From positions 1,184,001 to 1,248,000 of the forward strand of contig CAVYRF010000002.1 in the NCBI GenBank assembly GCA_963770895.1: DNA of 64,000 nt, in the 5' to 3' direction. Below are positions 58,271-64,000 of this stretch, piece after piece. Below the pieces are notes generated by a model that was not told the origin of the DNA, searched no databases, and saw only the letters and a program-made list of their open reading frames with translations. The position numbers and the translations under genes were made by a program. The first letter of the stretch is position 1; every line of letters starts with the position of its first letter. Source of the stretch: an uncultured Acidobacteriota bacterium. Lineage in GTDB: Bacteria; Acidobacteriota; Thermoanaerobaculia; Multivoradales; UBA5704.

Positions 58271-61063
58271 ATGCGGGCAGCAGGTGCAGCCGTGGTGCTG
58301 ATGGGTTGCCTTTTGGGTGTGGCGCCGGCGGCGGCGCTGACGCCTTACATGGTCAAACAGATCAATACCACCGGCACGCCCCAAGGCTCGTCGCCGCAAT
58401 CCTTCTGGTCGGCCGAAGACTTTGCGGTGTTCACCGCCGACGACGGCGTGCACGGTCCGGCCCTGTGGCGCAGCGACGGCACCGCCGCGGGGACCTACCG
58501 GCTGAAGGTCCCGTACACGCCGTATGAGCCCACCGTGTTCGCCAGCCTGGATGACACGCTCTTTTTCACCCTCGCCGACGCGAACGGCAACGGCGGGCTC
58601 TGGGTCACGCACGGCACTTCCGCCACGACCAGGAAGCTGGTCGCTCCTTTCGACTTCCTGCCGATCGGCAACAGCTTCGCCACCTACGACCTGTGGCCGC
58701 AGGGCCTGGTGTATTTCGAGGCCTTCTCCCCACCGGTCGGCGCCCAATTGTGGCGCTCCGACGCAACGCCCGGCGGCACGTTCCCGCTCGGCGCCTGGAA
58801 CCCGGAGGAACTGGCCTTCGCCGCCGGCGACCTGTACTTTGGCGCCGTCGACGCCACCGGCCCCGGCCTGTGGAAAACAGACGGCACCGTGGCTGGCACC
58901 CGCGTCGTGCAGCGGTTCCCGACGCCGGCGGGGCAGGTCAGCGTGCCGACCTTCCCCTTTGGGCCTGCCGGCAAAGAGCTGATCTTCGGTGCCGCCACCG
59001 CGGCGCGCGGCTTCGAGCTGTGGCGCACCAACGGCACCGCCGCCGGCACGCAGCCCTTGCGCGATCTGGTGCGCGGGCCCGGTTCGCCGGGCATCTTCGA
59101 TTGGACGACGCTCGGCGCGCGGCAGCTTTTTGCCCTCGACATCGGTCAGCAACGGAACGTCTGGGCGACCAACGGCACGACGCTCGCTCAACTCACCAAC
59201 TTCGACAGCCGCGCCGTGTTTTCCGCGCAAGGCAAGGTCTTCTCGCCGGCCTCTCTGGGCCCGACCACCTTTTTCAGCGCCGACGACGGCGTGCACGGCT
59301 TCGAATTGTGGGCCACCGACGGCACCAAAACCGGCACGCACCTGGTGAGCGACGTCTGCCCCGGATCTTGCTCCAGCAACGCCTCGGGGCAGGCGATCCT
59401 GGACGGAGGGCTGCTGTTCTCAGCGGATGACGGGGTTCACGGCAACGAGCTGTGGACGACCGACGGCACCAAAGCCGGCACCCACATGGTCGCCGACGTC
59501 TGCCCCGGCTCCTGCGGCTCCTCCCCAGAGGTGATCGCGGTGCTCGGCAGCCGCGCGTTGTTCCTGGCCGACGATGCCGACCAGGTCACCCAGCTGTGGC
59601 GCACCACCGGCACCGCCGCCGGCACCTTTCGCCTCACCGGCTTCGACGACACCTACTTCTCTTCGCTCGCCGGCGATGACGCCGCCGTCAACGACGTGCT
59701 GCTCTTCCAGGGCACGGACGCCGCGCACGGCAGCGAGCTGTGGGTGAGCGACGGGACCCGCGCCGGGACCCACCTGCTGGTCGACATCAATCCTGCGGTG
59801 GTGCCCAACGGCGCCAATCCCGCGGACCTGCAAGCCGCCGGCAGCAAGCTCTACTTTTTCGCCGACGACGGCATCGACGGCACGCAGCTGTGGGTGACCG
59901 ACGGCAGCGCGGCGGGGACCGTCGAGCTGAGCAGCCCGGCGGACGGGCTGGGTAACGGCGCAGTCGCCACCGTCGCCAGCGGGAACAACCTCTTCCTGGT
60001 GACCCAGGGCCAGCAGAACAGTTCTCTTTGGATCAGCGACGGCACCCCCGGCGGACTGGTTCAGCTGACGCCCGACACCGTGGACGTGCTCGCGGACTCG
60101 CAGCTCGGGGCGCCCGCGGCGCTCGGCAGTACGGTGTTCTTTGTCGCCAACGACGGCGTGCACGGCCCCGCTCTCTGGAAGAGCGACGGCACGACGGCAG
60201 GCACCGTGCCGGTGGACGGCGTGAACTGGAGCGGCGGCGAGGCGCAGCTGCTGACCCCATTCAACGGCGAGCTGTTTTACTTCCTCCCCGACCCCGAGTT
60301 CGAGAACGACCGCGACCTGTGGCGCACCGACGGTACGCCCGGCGGCACGACGCTGGTCGCCCCCCTGAACACCGACGTCGACGACGACTACCAGCCGCTG
60401 CTGCAGGATTTCGGCGGCAGGCTCTATTTCTTCGCGGCGGACACCGACGGCACCTTCGGGCTGGCCCTGTGGTCCACCGACGGCACCGCGGCCGGGACGC
60501 GGCAGGCGGCTTCCTTCAACCTGGACGCGCAGGACGGCGCATTCGGGGAGCCGACCCGGTTCGCGGTGGCGGGCAACCGGCTCTTTCTCTTCACCTCTGC
60601 AGGCCTCTGGGCCAGCGACGGCACCCAGGCCGGCACGCAGCTCGTAAGCCCGTCGATCGAGCCCCCCTCTTCTTCTTCGTATCCCTTGTCGACTGCCGCC
60701 TTGGGGCAGAAGCTCGTGTTCCTGGGCGCCAGCGGCGCCTCGCCGCACGCAAGCATCTGGGTGAGCGATGGGACCGCCGCGGGCACCGTACCGCTCACCG
60801 ACGCGCAGGGCAACCCGATCCACACGGCCACCGCCGTGGTGGCATTTGACGGGGCCGTCGCGTTCTCGGTGGTCAGCGCCGCGGGCACCGCCCTCTGGCA
60901 GAGCGACGGCACACCGGCGGGAACTTCGCAGGTCGTCGCCTCGGGCCTGGGCGGCCCGCCGGGAAGCTACGCCGCCCCGGCACTGGTCCCGGCCGGCCAG
61001 CTCCTGTACTTCAGCGACTCCACCGCGGCGACCGGCACGCAGCTGTGGGCAGCCCGGCCGTAA
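58271..61063 (+). CDS. Secreted ELWxxDGT-repeat beta-propeller protein
   Basis: GGAGG RBS, signal peptide, many (EL)WxS/TDGTxxGT repeats. Confidence 0.92.
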   Translation: MRAAGAAVVLMGCLLGVAPAAALTPYMVKQINTTGTPQGSSPQSFWSAEDFAVFTADDGVHGPALWRSDGTAAGTYRLKVPYTPYEPTVFASLDDTLFFTLADANGNGGLWVTHGTSATTRKLVAPFDFLPIGNSFATYDLWPQGLVYFEAFSPPVGAQLWRSDATPGGTFPLGAWNPEELAFAAGDLYFGAVDATGPGLWKTDGTVAGTRVVQRFPTPAGQVSVPTFPFGPAGKELIFGAATAARGFELWRTNGTAAGTQPLRDLVRGPGSPGIFDWTTLGARQLFALDIGQQRNVWATNGTTLAQLTNFDSRAVFSAQGKVFSPASLGPTTFFSADDGVHGFELWATDGTKTGTHLVSDVCPGSCSSNASGQAILDGGLLFSADDGVHGNELWTTDGTKAGTHMVADVCPGSCGSSPEVIAVLGSRALFLADDADQVTQLWRTTGTAAGTFRLTGFDDTYFSSLAGDDAAVNDVLLFQGTDAAHGSELWVSDGTRAGTHLLVDINPAVVPNGANPADLQAAGSKLYFFADDGIDGTQLWVTDGSAAGTVELSSPADGLGNGAVATVASGNNLFLVTQGQQNSSLWISDGTPGGLVQLTPDTVDVLADSQLGAPAALGSTVFFVANDGVHGPALWKSDGTTAGTVPVDGVNWSGGEAQLLTPFNGELFYFLPDPEFENDRDLWRTDGTPGGTTLVAPLNTDVDDDYQPLLQDFGGRLYFFAADTDGTFGLALWSTDGTAAGTRQAASFNLDAQDGAFGEPTRFAVAGNRLFLFTSAGLWASDGTQAGTQLVSPSIEPPSSSSYPLSTAALGQKLVFLGASGASPHASIWVSDGTAAGTVPLTDAQGNPIHTATAVVAFDGAVAFSVVSAAGTALWQSDGTPAGTSQVVASGLGGPPGSYAAPALVPAGQLLYFSDSTAATGTQLWAARP

Positions 61064-61124
61064 CCGCCGGGCGCGCTCTTGGCGCTTGCCGGGGACAGGC
61101 AAGGGCGGGTAGTATGTGGTCGTT

Positions 61125-63971
61125 ATGCCAATGCGTTTGCGGTTGCGGTTAGGGCAGGTTGCGCGGATCATCGCCAGCTGCGCGGCGATGCTGGTGTGCG
61201 CGGGCGGCGGCGCTCGCGGGCTGGCGGCGGGGGCGGGCGCGCCTCCTCCGACCCCTCCGACCGCGGCCACGACGCCGGCGACGGCGCCGCCAGGCGTCGC
61301 GGCGTCGCTCGACGACCTGGCCGGCGGCGGGTCCGGCGCGGGGGACCTGGATCCCAAATACAGGGCCTGGCTGGAAGAGGTGGCGCCGCTGATCAACGAG
61401 CGCGAGCGGAAGGTGTTTCTGGCGCTCAACCGGGACTACCAGCGCGACGAATTCATCCAGAAATTCTGGGACGTGCGGGACCCCTACCCCGAGACGCCGC
61501 AAAACGAGCTGCGGGACGAGTGGGAGGAGCGCATCAAGGCGGCGCGCGACCGCTACGGCAACGTCACCGAAGACCGCGCGCGGGTGCTGCTGATCCACGG
61601 CGAGCCCGCCCACGTCTTCCATTCGCGCTGCTCGGACGTGGTGCTGCCGCTGGAGATCTGGTCCTACGAAAAGATGAAGCGGTCGCGGCGCGAATACGCC
61701 GTGGTGTTCGTGCAGGACATGGGGGCGGTCCGCGGCCGCTATCGCCTGTGGGCGCCCGGCGAAGGGCTGCTGCCGCTGCTGGCGATGCAGGCGCGCTCCC
61801 GCTACGTCGAGCACGCGGACGACTCGGCCGCCCTGGCGTCCTGCCTGGAGGGGTCGGACATCGCCGGCTACCTGACCGAAGCGATCGACGAAAAGCAGCT
61901 GGAGGAAAAGGGCCACGTGCTGCCGCGGCCCAGCGACGAATGGCTGTCCAGCTTCGCCGCCGCCTCCACCGACCTGCCGGCGGGCGCGACGCCGCTGCCG
62001 GCCGATCTGGACATCTCGTTTCCGGGCCGCGCCGGCAGCCGCACGGTGATGCAGGGGCTGGTCCACGTGCCGCGCCAGGCGACGGCGCCGGAGCAGGTGG
62101 GCGACCGCTCGTTCTTCGCCTTCGTGGTCGACGGCGAAGTGTTGCGCAACGACCAGCTGTTCGAGCACTTCCGCTACCGTTTCAGCTTCCCGGTGGAGGC
62201 GCCGGCCGCCGCACCGGCGGCAAAGGCGGCAGCGTCCGCCGCGCCGGCGGCCGGGTCGGCCACGTCTGCCACATCTGCCGCGCCGGCCGCAACCAGTGCC
62301 GAAGGCGTCCCCGGCACCGGCGGCAGCGAGATCCCGCTGGTGTTTCAGCGCTACTTCCGGCCCGGCACCTACACCCTGCTGCTGAAGGTCGAAGACATCG
62401 GCGGCAAGCGCTTCTACCGCGCCGAGCGCGATCTGAACGTCCCCGCGGTGGCCGCACCGGTACAGACGGCGGCCTTGCCGGGCGCGCCGGGGACCGCCGC
62501 CACGCCGACGACGCCGGCAGCGGCGCCGGCGGCCGGCGGCGGCGCCGGCGCCACCACGGCCAGCACCGCCGCCGGGCCGGGCAGCGCCCCGGGGGCACAG
62601 CTGGCCGAAGCCAATGCCGCGATCCGCGCCGGCGACCAGACCGTGCGGCTGCTGCCACCGCAGGACGGCCTGTTGACCGGGGCGGTGCGCATCGAAGCGA
62701 TCGCCGACGGCGGCGGCATCGACCACGTGCGCTTCCAGCTCGACGGCAAGCCGGCGCTGACCAAGCGGCACTCGCCCTACAGCGTCGATCTCAACCTGGG
62801 CTCGCAGCCTCGCGCGCACGTCGTCAAGGCCTTTGCCGAGGGGGCGGACGGCAAGGTCCTGGCCGAAGACCAGCTGGTGCTCAACGCCGGCCCGCACCGT
62901 TTTTCGGTGCGCCTGATCGAGCCGCAGGCAGGCAAGATGTATCGCGCCAGCCTGCGCGCGGAGGCGCAGGTGGAGGTGCCCGAGGGCGAAAAGCTGGACC
63001 GGCTCGAGCTGTACCGCAACGACGCGCTGGTGGCGACGCTCTATCAGCCGCCCTGGACGCAGCCGATCCTGCTGCCGGCCAGCTCGCAGGTGTCCTACGT
63101 GCGCGCCGTCGCCTACCTGGCGGACGGCAATTCCTGCGAAGACCTGGTGCTGGTCAACTCGCCCAATCCGGGCGAGCGGATCGACGTGCAGATGGTGGAG
63201 CTGTACACCACCGTCACCGATCGCCGCGGCAGGCCCGTCGACGGCCTGCAACGCGACGACTTCAAGGTCTACGAAGACGGCGCCGAGCAGTCGGTGCGCC
63301 GCTTCGAGCGCGTCCAGGATCTGCCGATCTACGCCGGCGTGCTGCTCGACACCTCGGGCTCGATGCTGGATCACCTGGACACCGCGGTGCAGGCGGCGCT
63401 CAGCTTCTTCCACACCGTGATCACCCCCAAGGACCGCGCAGCGGTGATCACGTTCAACGGCGAGCCCAACCTGGCGGTGCGCTTCACCAACAACTCCGAA
63501 GTGCTCGCCGGCGGCCTGGCGGGGCTGCGCGCCGACGGCAGCACCGCGCTGTACGACAGCATCATCTACACCCTCTACTACTTTGGCGGCGTGCGCGGCA
63601 AGCGCGCGGTGGTGCTGCTGACCGACGGCAAGGACGAAGGCAGCCGCTTCCGCTACGCCGAAGCGCTCGAATATGCCAAGCACAGCGGCATCGCCTTTTA
63701 CACCATCGGCCTGGGGCTCACCGCCAAGGAGCCCGACATCCGCATGAAGCTGGTGGAGATCGCCGACCAGACGGGCGGCCGCTCGTTCTTCATCGACCGG
63801 GTGGTCGAGCTGTCGGGGGCCTATCGCCAGATCGAAGCGGAGCTGCGCTCGCAGTACCTGATCGCCTACCAGTCCACGAAGCAGGGCAGCGACGGCAAGT
63901 TCCGCAACGTCGAGGTCAAGCTGGATCGCTCCGGCATGGCCGCCCGCACGGTTCCCGGGTACTACCCCTGA
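61125..63971 (+). CDS. Secreted GWxTD-like + Ig-like + VWA protein, paralogue 2
   Basis: YRAWLEEV...FIQKFWDVRDP...EDRARVLLIHGEP; MIDAS DTSGS, LLTDG, QTGGRSFF, LRSQYLIAY; ends GYYP. Start uncertain (61116/61125/61131). Confidence 0.88.
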   Translation: MPMRLRLRLGQVARIIASCAAMLVCAGGGARGLAAGAGAPPPTPPTAATTPATAPPGVAASLDDLAGGGSGAGDLDPKYRAWLEEVAPLINERERKVFLALNRDYQRDEFIQKFWDVRDPYPETPQNELRDEWEERIKAARDRYGNVTEDRARVLLIHGEPAHVFHSRCSDVVLPLEIWSYEKMKRSRREYAVVFVQDMGAVRGRYRLWAPGEGLLPLLAMQARSRYVEHADDSAALASCLEGSDIAGYLTEAIDEKQLEEKGHVLPRPSDEWLSSFAAASTDLPAGATPLPADLDISFPGRAGSRTVMQGLVHVPRQATAPEQVGDRSFFAFVVDGEVLRNDQLFEHFRYRFSFPVEAPAAAPAAKAAASAAPAAGSATSATSAAPAATSAEGVPGTGGSEIPLVFQRYFRPGTYTLLLKVEDIGGKRFYRAERDLNVPAVAAPVQTAALPGAPGTAATPTTPAAAPAAGGGAGATTASTAAGPGSAPGAQLAEANAAIRAGDQTVRLLPPQDGLLTGAVRIEAIADGGGIDHVRFQLDGKPALTKRHSPYSVDLNLGSQPRAHVVKAFAEGADGKVLAEDQLVLNAGPHRFSVRLIEPQAGKMYRASLRAEAQVEVPEGEKLDRLELYRNDALVATLYQPPWTQPILLPASSQVSYVRAVAYLADGNSCEDLVLVNSPNPGERIDVQMVELYTTVTDRRGRPVDGLQRDDFKVYEDGAEQSVRRFERVQDLPIYAGVLLDTSGSMLDHLDTAVQAALSFFHTVITPKDRAAVITFNGEPNLAVRFTNNSEVLAGGLAGLRADGSTALYDSIIYTLYYFGGVRGKRAVVLLTDGKDEGSRFRYAEALEYAKHSGIAFYTIGLGLTAKEPDIRMKLVEIADQTGGRSFFIDRVVELSGAYRQIEAELRSQYLIAYQSTKQGSDGKFRNVEVKLDRSGMAARTVPGYYP

Positions 63972-64000
63972 CACCGCCGCCGCGCTCTTCCCTGCCCCGC

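Noticed and set aside
59270-59520. Near-duplicate DNA segments in the ELWxxDGT gene as a mobile or non-coding repeat
   Set aside because: They are in-frame propeller-blade repeats (FSADDGVHG.ELW.TDGT...DVCPGSC).
55493-61063. 1856-aa giant ORF
   Set aside because: The first ~925 aa is an Arg/Pro-rich shadow frame over the PBP gene; the real gene starts at 58271 with RBS and signal peptide.

Overview
High-GC (roughly 70% by eye) bacterial chromosomal segment. The gene content (GWxTD+VWA proteins, ELWxxDGT repeats, TPR-CHAT/ECF clusters, a C-terminal 'PCRVIDTR' domain) suggests Acidobacteriota, possibly Thermoanaerobaculia; this is inference. About 45 plausible CDS; most long ORFs in the supplied track are GC-driven shadow ORFs. 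I found no rRNA, tRNA, CRISPR array or mobile element. Main blocks: (i) a lipoprotein TPR-CHAT protease divergent from an ECF sigma/zinc-finger anti-sigma pair, plus a small membrane-peptide gene that shares a candidate ECF promoter with the anti-sigma gene; (ii) a kdpFABC K+ uptake locus with an AlgB/KinB-like sigma-54 two-component system, two clear -24/-12 promoters with paired TGCA-N3-TGCA sites, a porin and a soluble KdpD-Usp-PTS EIIA fusion; (iii) pfk-gap preceded by a GAPDH paralogue lacking the catalytic Cys; (iv) housekeeping and envelope genes (iscS-mnmA, DEAD-box helicase, DedA, GH44, PBP1A, two GWxTD-VWA paralogues); (v) a DUF3179 gene with an in-frame TGA and SECIS-like hairpin, i.e. 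a probable selenoprotein split in two by the ORF track. All family assignments come from motif recognition by eye, not database searches.
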